Assembly: GCF_036321535.1 (NCBI RefSeq)
Contig: NC_087447.1
Location: 33,482,001-33,546,000, forward strand
From: Camelus dromedarius
Lineage: Eukaryota
Length of the DNA: 64,000 nucleotides
Direction of reading: 5' to 3'
Shown: positions 25,461 through 37,049 of the stretch, one piece after another
How positions within the stretch are numbered: the stretch's first letter is position 1
Layout of the letters: each line of letters opens with the position of its first letter
The notes under the pieces: model-generated
The model's database searches: none
Seen by the model: only the letters and a program-made list of their open reading frames with translations
Told to the model about the DNA's origin: nothing
Translations under genes and position numbers: made by a program

Positions 25461-25975
25461 TTCATTTCTGTGAATCACTTTACTCTGCTCCTAGCCACAC
25501 AGCAAGAGGGTAAAGAGGGTATTTTCCATCTATATCAGGTTCTGTAATTTTTCTGATTTTCCCAATCAACATAAACATCAAGTTGTCTATTACTGAAAAT
25601 AGTGAATGTCACATACTTTACAGTAGCGTTTTTTTTCCCCTGAAGTTAATAGAGCAACCAATGAAAACCAGTTAATGAGAACCTACAGTGAACACTGCAC
25701 TTCTATATGTAACACTTATAACATGTGTTTGCTGTATTGAGAATACTCAATTCTGCTAGAAAAGAACGAGAAAGACAAGTGGGATGGAGAAAACTCATAG
25801 GAAGTGTTAAATATAGATCGCAAGTTAGAAACCTGTGAAAGGTATTAAATGTAGATCCAATAAATGAAACATAAGTATGTTGAACATAGATTAAAAAACT
25901 GAATAGAGTGTCACTTAGAATGAGATGGGAGGACCAAGTCATAGTGTACAAATGTCACCTTCAGAATAGAGCTAT

Positions 25976-26130
25976 ATGGGAAATATACACAAAATCTTAT
26001 GGTAGCTCACAGAGAAAAAAATGTGACAATTAGTGTGTATATGTCCATGTATGACTGAAAAATTATACTGAACACTGGAATTTGACAGATTGTAAAATGA
26101 TTATAAATCAATTAAAAAATGTTAAAAAAA
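25976..26130 (+). mobile_element. Young camelid-type L1, 155-bp 3' stub
   Basis: Closely similar to the 3' end of the L1 at 53908-54063 (cttatggtagctcacagagaaaaaa...gattataaatcaat). Poly(A) present; perfect 11-bp TSD aatagagctat at 25965-25975 and 26131-26141. Confidence 0.93.
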
Positions 26131-28059
26131 AATAGAGCTATGTCATCCTTATCCTACAGCCATCTTTGACACCCATTCCATTCCCATTCTGGCCCCAGAT
26201 GTACTCTGTCTGAGAAATGCTAATAAAACCCATTGCTGCTCATGGAATTAACTGGTGGACTACAGCTGTGGCCAGAAGCACTTGCCTGAGTCTCTCCAAC
26301 AGAGAACGTGCATTGGCACTAGGTAACCTCCCCATCCGCTGAACCACCCCCCTTTTTTTTTAAAACTCCCTTTTTTTTTTTTTAATAACCTCAGCTCCCG
26401 TCCACGTAGCCACAGCATCAGAGAGGAAGCTGATGGGGCAGAGAGAGAAAGACTGAAAACTAGCAACAAGGCATAACTCAGTAACCCAATGGGGTCACCC
26501 ATCCTTCTCCCCTCCCCCGACCTGTCCCCTGGCCCACTCCCCTTCCCCTGCTTCCTTCTGGGTATTTTTCATTGATTTGATAAGCCACACATTTCAAGCT
26601 TCTGAAAAATCTGGTCTACCTGTGAGGCTTTGTTTAGTGACCTCTGAGAGTACACTTAGAGACTACCGCTGCATCAAGGTAATTTTCCACACAACCACCC
26701 CTTACAGCGAACATTTTACACTAAAAGAGGGAAAAAAAAAAAAAAGAAGAAGAACGCTGTTCCAAATACTCAAAGAAGTTTTACATGATCTAGTTAAAAG
26801 TGCTAACTCAGCAGCAAGGGTTAAGTGCTTTTTCCTTCCTGGGATGAAATGGCTCTACCTGGCCAATTTTAAAGAAAGACTAAAAATGCTAATGTGATGA
26901 TTAAGCATCAGATTAAAAAAAAAGTGTTGGGTGAAGGGAGGAGGTTGAGGAGTCGAGGAGAGAAATTAAAATGACGGTGTTCACATGCTCTTCTCTGCCT
27001 AATATAGAAGCAACTTCATTTCCCTTCTCCCTGACTTAATAGGATGAGGAGGGTGGTGATTTTCGTTGCCAACAGGTACCTGTGTTAACTCTGTGCCAGG
27101 CACCAGAGAAAAAGTAAAAATACAGTTTCTGCCATCAAAGACAGTTATGTAAGCAAGACAGTTACCTGGTGACAACAGGTAGAGTAGGACAAGGCACACA
27201 GGAAGGAAGGGACTCGGGGAGGCTGGGAATGACATCGCACAGGATGTGACTTTGAGCCTGAGTCAGTAAAGATGAGTAAGCATTTACCAGGCGGGAGAAA
27301 GGAGAGAAGAGGGCACTCCCTGCAGGAACACTATGCGGCTGTGAACACCCATGTGTTTTCCACTGTCCTGGCACTTGTCTTTCTCCGCAAGCCTCTCTCA
27401 CTAGAAGTCCAGCAGGAAACCATCTCTTCAACCTCATACTGGAGAGAACTCTCCACTGATCAGTGGGTCAGGGAAGCAACGGCAGCAGCAGCCAGAAATA
27501 GGACAAAACCAACACCCCAGGGCAGCCCGCCTCAGCATTGACTGACGGCGAGTTCAGGCCACGTCTTCGTAATCACAGCGTGTTTACACCAAGAACCTCA
27601 ACACAGGAGAATCTTGACAGAGACAAGGCGCGCATCCTTCCAGCCTGCGTCCCACCTAAGCTTCTGGTTAAAGATTGGCCCCAAGGGATAAAGCAACATT
27701 TGCTAATATGAGATGACAATCGGCTTTTCATTTCTAAGAACAGAGGAAATTTGCCATTTCAGAGCTGCCAACGGTCCGCAGGGCGATTCCCACTGTGGGG
27801 AGGGAGGCTCACCTCCCGCTGTCAGGTCCTGCGGCCCTTCTCTGAGCACTTCAGATGTTATTGATCCAAGCACCTTCAAAGCAGCAGGAATCACAAGCAC
27901 AAAGTAGTAGCGACACCAGGAGACTCCCACTTGATGTGTAAGGGATTTCTAGCTCCACCAAGTTCACAATGACAACTCAAGAAGCCTCCATTAGCTCCAG
28001 AAGCCAGAGTGATAAAAAGTATACAGGTGTACAGCTCATTATGGGGCCAAATGCAAGGT

Positions 28060-28500
28060 TAACTGCTCTGCATGTATCATCTTACAATCATCTTGGAAGT
28101 AACTACTATCACTTTTTCCTACTTTACAGATGAGAAAACTAAGGCTTACAGAATTTAAGTGACTTTCTAGTAGACACCAGACTAGGAATCCATGGCTCTA
28201 AGCTTCCAACCTGGCAGGCTGGATCCACATGCTACACTCACTGCGCTGCATCTGTTGTCAGCCCATACGTATGACCTCAGTGCTCGGTGCATGCGGAAAA
28301 GGGACAAGTCACCATCATATACCCAGTGCCTGACACCGTATTCACTCAGGAAACATATACAATCTATTTGTATAACCCCTATGAGCTAAATAACATCCTC
28401 CCATTTTACAGGTAAAGAAACTGAGGCACAGAGAAGTTTTATGGCTTGTCTAGGGTCCCACGGCACATGACTGGAGACCAAGTTGAGTCTTGCCCCAGCA
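28060..28500 (-). mobile_element. Two adjacent MIR SINEs
   Basis: ctactttacagatgagaaaactaaggctt and cccattttacaggtaaagaaactgaggcacagagaagtt cores. Confidence 0.75.
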
Positions 28501-29499
28501 GAGTTGATCATGACATCCATGGTATTTACCTGGCAACCCTGCTTCCGTTTTCATCTTCCTGTTTTTCCTCTCTCCCACCCCCTTATCCTGCACTCCAGCC
28601 ACACAAGCCTCCCATCCCTTCTTCCCAGTGCAGTGTTCCTCCCTCCCCACCTTGGTACATTCCCACCTGCAGCGACCTCTCATTTTTCCCTCTTCTGTGG
28701 GGACCAGCCCAGGCCAACTCAGATTCCCTCCATTGTTTTCATTATACTTCTTGTAAATATCAAGGCTTTATGTGTCTAGTCATTACACGTCATCATTTCA
28801 TTAATAGCGATCATGCCCCAAAAGACTAAATTCCATGACGAACAGTTTATCAACGGATACTCACACTCAGCATTAGTGCCTGGCACGAGGTAGAACCTCA
28901 ACAAGTGTTTTCTGCATTAGTAATTAATATATCTTGACTCCAGTCTTGAACACAATACAACAAAGGAGGTTTACCAGAGACTCTCAACTATAACCCCAAC
29001 CTGCTGAGAATAAAGTACATTAAAATAATGAGCTGCCTAAGAAAAAAAATCAGCTGAGCACCCCTAATTCCTCCATTCGGGGACAAAACCCAAAGAACCC
29101 TGTGACACATGGTATCAATCAATTTTTTGTAATTACTATGTGACTCCATCAGAAGCAATTCAGGTGCCTCCATAATTTTCCTAATTAGATCGGCATAGTG
29201 GGGGAGCTGAGCTCTTATAAACATTTTAAAATATCAGTTAAGGAAAATCAATGTATCCCCTTTTCACTAAGAAGTTAGCAAAATGATCACTCCTCTTTAG
29301 GATGCCCCCCTACATTGGCACCATAACCTACCCTTCCTCAAGTCTCCCCCCTCATCCTCATCCTTCCACCCCCATCTCAGTTGGATGCCTCAAAACAGAG
29401 ATAGAAGTAAAGCATGGACGCCAGCTCTATCTGAATCACAGGACAGGAGAACAACAGGGAAAGGTCTGATGAAAAGACTTTAATTGAAGATTGCACTGT

Positions 29500-29765
29500 A
29501 TAAGCTACAAACCTGCACTTATAAGTTCCAGGGATGTAATGAACAGCCTGGTGATTGTAGTTTAATACTGTATTGCATATTTGCAAGTTGAGAAGAGAGC
29601 AGATCTTAAAAGTCCTCATCACAAGAAAAAAAATTATTTAACTATGAAAGTTGATGGATGTTAACGTAATGACCTAATCATTTTGCAGTATACATATATC
29701 AAATCATTGTTTTATATATACACACAATGTTATATGCTAGTTATATCTCATTAAAACTGAGGAAG
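29500..29765 (+). mobile_element. L1 3' UTR fragment (L1MA9-like)
   Basis: gggatgtaatgaacagcctggtgattgtagtttaatactgtattgcatatttgcaagttg..aagagagcagatcttaaaagtcctcatcacaag. Confidence 0.85.
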
Positions 29766-30929
29766 ACTGCATCATATAGCAAAGCTATCCAGGGAATGGT
29801 TATAAATTAAACTGTATACACCCAATGGAAAATTACATAGGACAACACAGTAATATCAAAGGTATTAGAATAACATAGGAAATTCCTAGGCAATAATGTC
29901 AGACATAACTTTATGTACAACATTATATCAGGTATATAAAAATTTTATTTACTGATGGAGAGCAGAAAGATAGAAACAGCCTTCAAAGTGTTCGCACTGG
30001 GAGCTAACCTGGGTGATGTTTTTCTTCTTTTCACATACCTGAATTTTCCAGATCTTCTCTGATAATTATTTTAAGGAAAAATCAATTTTATGCTAAAATA
30101 TAAGAGCACATTCTAGAAATGAGGGAGAAGCAAAAAGGGCACCCTACAAGAGAAGAAAATAAGCCCCAGTCACCTTGTTTTCAATCATGCAACTGTGTCT
30201 CTTTGAATCAGTGAAAGCGCCCGTCTCCCTCCAGCCAGCCTCAACCAAGATGTGGCTTCCCACAGACTACCACTCCACTGCTTAGGGCAGGGGACCAGTC
30301 AGCTCCCAGAATCACCTGCTAGACCATTTCAACAGGGACCCCCAGCCCATGACAGCTCAGGCTGATGGGACTGAGGTGTATTCTGGCAATAACTGACAGT
30401 CAAGCCATCTCAGGTGTCACTTTAATCCACACCGACAGTCAAGAGTCCAAGGACACAGAGGTATGCCCACCACGTGGGATATGAAGACACACAGAAGGCT
30501 GTCAAGTACAGGCATGTTCCCAGCATGGGATACTCTGGGTTGTTATAAAAGACACGAGGACAGTCCTTGTCCCTGCCCTCTGCAAACTACTCCCCCAGCC
30601 ATCTCATCATTCACTCATTAACTCTTCACCTTCAAGACCTTTACTAAGCCCTCTTCTGAACCAGGCACTATGAACGTAAAACTGAGAGACATCTTTTAGG
30701 GGCTAAGAATCTAGTAATAAAGACACAAACAGAAATGAACGGAGACTATTCCATTGTTCAGTCCACAGGCATAAAAGAAAAGTGGGCACGCCCAGGAGGC
30801 AACACTGGGCTAGAATAACCTGGAGCAGGACCAGAGAGCTGCCCCTCAGAGACCTGATCCCCCTTATAAGGGGCAGGGTAGGGCAGCGGTTCAGCACTCA
30901 GGCTGAAGGCTCAGAAATCTGCATGCTTT

Positions 30930-31125
30930 AACACTGCCAAAGTATTCACACACACCATCACACTTCATATTCATAATAACCCATTGGGGGAGGTATTAAC
31001 CACCTCACTTTATGGATAAGAAATCTCTGGCTTGTGGAGTTAAGTGCCTTGCCCAAGATCCCACTGCCAGCAAGTAGCAGAGACATGACTTCTAACGACA
31101 ATTTTTCAGCTTCTTCTGTATACTT
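30930..31125 (-). mobile_element. MIR SINE
   Basis: tcataataacccattggggaggtatta...gagttaagtgccttgcccaagatcccactgccagcaagtagcagag. Confidence 0.75.
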
Positions 31126-33989
31126 CTGCAAGACTTCCCAAATCCTCAGACAAGAATCACTAAACTTCTCCACTCCAATGCCAGGTCTCCCCTATCTAAG
31201 GGACACTCCTTCTCCAAAACCCTAAGCTCCCCCATATATGGAGGGTGCATTCTCTACTCTGCTTAAAAAGTTTGGAGCAGCAGCCTGACCCAATCATAAT
31301 GCGCTCTCTTTTGCGCACAGTCCTGATGCTTAGACTTAAGAGGAGTATTTTCAGTGCTGCTCTGGCCTTGACCTTGCCACATCTACTCAAACTCAACAGT
31401 AAACAGTAGGGCATCATGTTCAACCGCCAAGCTCTCTAATTTATGATTATTCATGATAAATCATTTTTACACGTTGCTTCCAACGCTGTTCAGGAATAAA
31501 ATCTGCCCGCATTGAAATGCAGTGATTTTAATATGCAAACCTCCTACAGAGATGATGTCTCATTTTAATTATTGTTTCGGTTTAATGGGTTTTCATTAAA
31601 TTAGAGGATGGAGCAATTATGAGGGTGAACAGCTCATGTTTCAAAGGTAAGCTCCCGTGGCTTTGTGGGCAGAGACAGTTGCAGCATAGAGAAGCAGAAA
31701 GCAACTCTCTTCCAGTTAAGCCTGTGTTTCTGCCTGCTAGAAAACGCTGCTGGCTATTTCTTTTCCCAGCTGCAAGGGACACTGCGCATCTCCTCACAGT
31801 GATAGGCAAACAGCTCCAAGCATGTGTTTGACTTAAGGTATCTTAATCACCTAACTTTTCTATCAGAAATCCGAGCTTCCCTGCTCATCAGGCTAGAAAG
31901 CGCCCTTTACAAGCTCACAGCCTGCAAAGCTAAGTGTCAGACCACAGGAAAGTATTCCCAATGAAATTGTCTTTCCTCTCACATGCAAGTAATTTAATTG
32001 GTTTTGCGGATTAATGTCTGGGAAATCAGTCCAACTGGGAAATCGGTCCAACTTCAGCACAAGCCGCGCTGACCAAAATCCTATGAATTAGCAAACTGTC
32101 AGAGACCCAGTGAGAAACGACTTTGGTGGCCTCACAGATGTTTCAGCCCAGAAACTATACAAATTCAGCACTCAGGGATCCACAAGGCAGCAGTGCCTCA
32201 GACAGAGGTGAAGGAATGAATGAGAAGTAGGGAATGAGGGGAGGGTGAGAGGTAAAATCTGCTTTCTTGGGGTTCCGGTGGTCAGAAGTGAGGGGTAGGA
32301 CTCCACACTAGGGGGTAGTGGGGGCTCTCCATTGCAGGAGTCTGCCCCTGGGGAGGGAGAGAGCTAGGCAAGCTTCAAGTGTGCAATTTCTTTCTCTCCA
32401 AGTAAGCCAAAGGAAAAAGACAGGGAAGCTACAGGGGGTCCTTCCAGAAGTAATTGGCCAATTAGGTTAGGGCAGGCCTGGTCACTACGTATGCCAAGAA
32501 AGTAATACGGGAGGGCCTCTCTATGCTATGGGAAAGAGCAAAAAATATGTATCTATTCCACAACAGAGAGAAATCATAAAGCAGCATCAGCCTCAGGTAA
32601 GCCAGCAGGAACTAAGTGATGGATAAGGTACCCTCCCTGCTCAGCACCGCCCTCCTCCAAGCCTGATACTGACCACCGGCCGTGGCCCATGCTTGCCAGC
32701 GTGGCTGCTGGAGAAGGTTCTGTGCTGTTATTTCAAGTGTCTTGAGTATTTTCCAAGGATAAAAATTTAGAATTCCTCAGTGGAATGGTTTCTTTTCAGA
32801 GTCTTTATGTCTGCTGCCCCGAACAGCACATCATTGGCTCTTAGATCACGTGCGTTAATCTAATTACAAGCCTTGTTAGCTAATTAGTTCCAAAGTCAAT
32901 GCTGGGGAGGTCTCCCACACTATTTTTGTATCTTCATTGGCCACAGGGTGTCTGCTTTCTGAGGAAAATGTGCAGTTACTGGACTCTCAATCCTGTGAGG
33001 CAGGGCAGTATGGCTTTCTGGACACCTGAAACTCCAGGCTTTGAGCAGAAGCTCCAAGAAATGTGGGCACATGTGCAGAAAGGGGCTCTGGGTGTGGTTT
33101 CTGGCAGACCTGCTATACTCCTTTGAAAACTGACCTCCTCTTGAGAGGCTTTTATTCCAATCTTATCAAACATTAATGTCACCCTTAAAACGAATCGTTG
33201 GAAATGCAGCTTGCCCAAACTCAAAACCAACTGCTATCTGGCTCCTGGATCCTTCTCCACCAATTTCCCATGACAACCCTCCCAAATGAGATCTACAACC
33301 AAGGGCTCAAATTACAATCCCCATTTACTGAGGCTTTTTTAAAGAAAGGAAAATGTTGATTTGGGGGGAAACTGGTCTTTGATCATTGTTGCAAATAATT
33401 CGGCTCTGTTGTGTCCTAGGGTAAGAACACAGGGTCAGTTTTCAGTAAATTACTCCTTCAGTGTATGAAATAGCATCTTTGCGATAGTTCATCTCAAAGG
33501 GGGCCTGGTAGGTTTCCAGACAATCTTTTCCACCTGGGTATGATCTGACTTAGCCAACAGATAACCATTTCGGCTCCCTGAACTACCCCCACCACGAGAT
33601 CCTTGGGCAAGCGCCTTGGGGCCGCAGGTGAGCCCTGGAAGTGCAGAGCATGTGCCATGCCTGGGGCCGTGCTGGGCTTGGTGAAAAGTTCCCAGGGCAG
33701 GCATGCAATCTCAACTCCTCCCACCTGGAGCCCCAGTCGCCTTCTCCATGCCTATGCAAAGCCCGCCCATCTCTGGAGGCCCAACCCAACTCCTCCAACT
33801 CCATGAAGCCCTGGAGCCCCAGTTCAGGGTGGTTTTCCCCCTACACTTCCACTCACCCATTCAAACGCCTGTTTGTGGAGTGTGTTGTCTGTGGCTGGCT
33901 CTGTGTCACCATGCATAAGACAAACTCGGTCTGGGGAGAGACATCCAGCCAGCATATGCAGCTCCACTGACCAGTACCACCCATTGTGA

Positions 33990-35140
33990 CACATCTTAAC
34001 ATTCTGCATCTTACCAAGTTCAATGGCCAGGCCTCTATCCTCAGCCTACTGACCTCTCAGCCACCTCCCAACAGTCGTCCTCTCCCTCCTTTTCAAAGCA
34101 TTCTGTCTTTCTGGCACTGCATCCTGCTGGTTCTCCCCCTACCTCCCCGGCCATCTTAAGACTCCTTCAAGTCCTCCTCTGCCTGCTCTCTAACTAGCAG
34201 GGGAACTCAAAACACATCCACCCGCAAGCCCTGAGCTTCACCTCCATCCCCACGGAGACCCTCCTTCCTCGACTATAACACTGCAGCAGCCGCCAAATGC
34301 CAGCTTGTTTCCACTTGTGCCTTCCCCTACTCTCCCCTCCTCCCCTCTTTTCCTGACTTTCTCTCATGAAGCAACTGGGAATCAAGAAAATCCTTTTCAA
34401 ACTTAAATCACATCCTATCAATCATCTCAACCCCTTACTTTAAATCCTCAAAAAGCTGCCTGTATTAATTTTCTATGGCTGCTTCAACAAATTACTGCAA
34501 GCTTTGTAGCTTTAAACAACACAAGCTTACTATCTTACGGTTCTGGAAGTCAAAAGTCTGAAATGAGTTTCACCAAACCAAAACTAAGGTGTTGGCAGGG
34601 CTGCTCCCCCTCCAAAAGCTCTAGGGGAGAATCCATGTACCTTGCTTCTTCCAGCATTCCTTGGTTCACATCCCCATGTTAACCTTCAAAGTCAGCTTTG
34701 TAGCGTCTTACCACCTCTCCCCGCTTCCATCTTCACATCTTCTCTCTCTGACGGACCTTCCTGTTTCCGTCTTATGCAGACGCTTGTGATTATATTGAGC
34801 CCACCTGGGTAAGCCGGGCTCATCTCCCCACCTGAAGATCCTTTACTTAATTACATCTGCAAAGACCTTTTTGTCAAGTAAAGTAACATATTCACAGGTT
34901 TCTGCGGATTAGGACATGGATATCTCTGGTGGGGCGGGAGGCAGTCATTTCTCAGCCTACCACACTGGGCAATGAAATTTAAATAAGACTCTAAGTCCTT
35001 ACAAGGGGCTGAAAGACCCTGCATGACTTGCTTCTGCTGCTGGGGCTGAAACAAAGGCCAAGCTTTTACTTCGGCCCTTGGCCACGCCCTCTGACCGCCT
35101 CTGGCCCTTCCACCCACACTGGCCATCCTCGTGCCCCTTA
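33990..35140 (+). mobile_element. L2 fragment interrupted by an MLT1D LTR
   Basis: tcaatggccag..ctctatcctcagcctactgacctctcagc...ctcctgctggttctccccctacct-like body; resumes after 34964 (aaataagactctaagtccttacaagg). Confidence 0.65.
34461..34964 (-). mobile_element. Full-length solo MaLR LTR, MLT1D-like
   Basis: tgtatta.ttttctatggctgct..aacaaattac...ctctaggggagaatcc...acatctgcaaagacc...ggattaggacatggatatct...cctaccaca; 504 bp with TG...CA ends. Confidence 0.85.
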
Positions 35141-35204
35141 AATTTGTTTGAGCCCAGGGTATTTATATCAGCTGTTCCCAATATGTCAGCTCCGGAGCAA
35201 AACA

Positions 35205-35430
35205 GCCCCGGCTCAATTCTCAGCTTTGCTACTTACTGGACCTAACCTTGGCCAAGTGATTTACACCTCCAAGTGCCCCTTTTTTCCTTTCTGTAAAGTG
35301 GGGCTCATAATACCCATCTCCTTTGTAGGATTATTATGGATTACTTCAGGATTAAATGAGTTAGCAAAGATAAAGAATTTACAGCAGCGCCTAGCACGTA
35401 AAAAGTGTTCATTGTTAAGAATGTAAGTGA
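35205..35430 (+). mobile_element. MIR SINE
   Basis: cagctttgctacttactgg..ctaaccttggccaagtgatttac...ctgtaaagtggggctcataatacc...aggattaaatgagtta. Confidence 0.8.
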
Positions 35431-35572
35431 TCGGGAATAACGTTATTACCTTTGCATGGTTGACTTCTTCATTCAGGCATCGGCTCAAATACCACCTGCG
35501 CAAGGAAGCAATAATCCCCAAAACTCCTACCTCAAGTCAATTCTTTCCTTCTCTGTCTCTCTTCAGTATTGC

Positions 35573-35894
35573 TGTCGGCAGCCTTAAGCCAGTAGGCCGT
35601 GGGGCCCAGCCTCAAGCTCAGAATAGCCTGCACCTGGTAAGGAGTAAATATACGCATGCGCCAGTAGCGTGAGTCAGCATTATAAACAATGCGCATGCGC
35701 GGGCAGAATATACGTAAAAAGGACAAGTGCGCCACACCCGCACAGCGCCATCTTGTTGAGCTCGGGGAACGTGCCGCCGCCGCCCGCCGCGCGCGCCACC
35801 TGCTTGTACTGCAATAAAGTGCTGTTTTGCTCCATGTCGGCTCCTCCGGCCTTCTTCCAGTTGGGGCAGCTCACCGCCTCGAATCCCTCTGACA
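35573..35894 (+). mobile_element. Young CpG-rich solo LTR of an endogenous retrovirus, family not recognised
   Basis: 322 bp, TGTCgg...cTGACA termini, perfect 5-bp TSD attgc (35568-35572 and 35895-35899). AATAAA at 35813-35818 followed by GT-rich sequence; about 26 CpG by hand count. Confidence 0.88.
35652..35755 (+). promoter_or_regulatory. LTR promoter motif cluster (NRF1 x2, AP-1, TATA-like, YY1)
   Basis: acgcatgcgc 35652-35661, tgagtca 35670-35676, tataaa 35681-35686, tgcgcatgcgcg 35690-35701, gcgccatcttg 35745-35755. Motif match only; activity not shown. Confidence 0.65.
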
Positions 35895-36870
35895 ATTGCT
35901 GTTTCACTTCCTTTGTAGTATACATGACTATGGTTACTGACTGATGAGTACGCTTGTCCACTGGGATTGCTCACCTCCGCTGGAACTGAAGCTTCATGAT
36001 CTCAGATTTTGTCTTTTCTCTGCTACACCTCCAACACCCAGAACAGCACCTATCACATGGGTGCACAATAAAAATTTGTTGAATGAATGAATATGATGTA
36101 TTTCTGGTTCTCTCCCCCCTGCGCCTGGACCAAGGCCCCCCAAGGGCAGAGCGTCTTCTTTCTATTCCTCCTGCACGATCAGGACCCAGCACCCTGGCTA
36201 GCACAGCGCAGCATCACAGACTCACAGTTAACGCTTGCTGATTAACCATGATGTAAGCGAGCTTTAGAGAGAAAGGTTCAAAACAAAAGATTTTTCTCTA
36301 GCCAGTTACTCAAAGACTGAGAGAGAAAGGATTTTCCAAAGTTACACATTGGAAAACAGCAAGATTCAAAGCAGAAGTCCAAGAAGCTACACTCTCAAGC
36401 TTGCCCTGTCCCCAGCACACACCAATAGGTCAGACAGTGTTCTAATGATTGTGAGATCTTCCATTTAAAGGAAATATTAAAAAGGATACTTTGGCTAGCT
36501 TGTGCACGAAATATGCAACTAAAAGCCAATTGCTGGGGAGACCTCTGCCAAGCCCTGAGGACTGATCACAGTGTGTCTCTCCTTTGCCATGACACCTGTG
36601 GTTCATAAACACCTAAGCAGGTGGGGCCTTCTCCTTTAATATATCTCACCCCAGGGGATTCAGGAAAGCAGTCTGGGTGGAGCTAGCATTGCAGTTTATT
36701 TGTTTAAGTATCTCCAATGATTGTGAGGAGCAGCCACAGCTGAGAACTGGCTCCTGCGTTGTGTCCTGGCTCCAGGTCCAAAGTGGTAAACTGACCAGCC
36801 TCAGGCCAGATGCAGCACTAGCATGTTGGTTTAGCCCCCAGTGCCCTCCACTGCTCTCCCAATCCACAAA

Positions 36871-37049
36871 CCACATTGCCTCAAGTCCAAGGTGCCACAG
36901 ATTACAAGATACACCATTATTTTACACACCATAAAAAGAAAACAAAAAGCTCTCAGTTATGACTTTGAGACACCATTGATCATAAGCCCATGTCTCACAT
37001 AACTATGAAATCATGAATGTGTGGGTGTCTTAGGATCAGTGGAATACAG
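36871..37049. mobile_element. Tc2-type MITE (MER104-like)
   Basis: About 180 bp: caagatacaccattattttacacacca..aaaagaaaa...gtgtcttaggatcagtggaatacag followed by TA. Confidence 0.7.

Larger units (their letters stand above)
35440..36092 (+). mobile_element. L2 3' portion, host of the young LTR
   Basis: ttgacttcttcattcagg..tc.gctcaaataccacct... ending cacaataaaaatttgttgaatgaatgaat (L2 tail). Confidence 0.75.

Noticed and set aside
35573..35894. Host-gene CpG-island promoter or processed pseudogene 5' end
   Set aside because: TG...CA ends, a 5-bp TSD, internal AATAAA and insertion into an L2 fit a solo LTR; no poly(A) tail or coding similarity.
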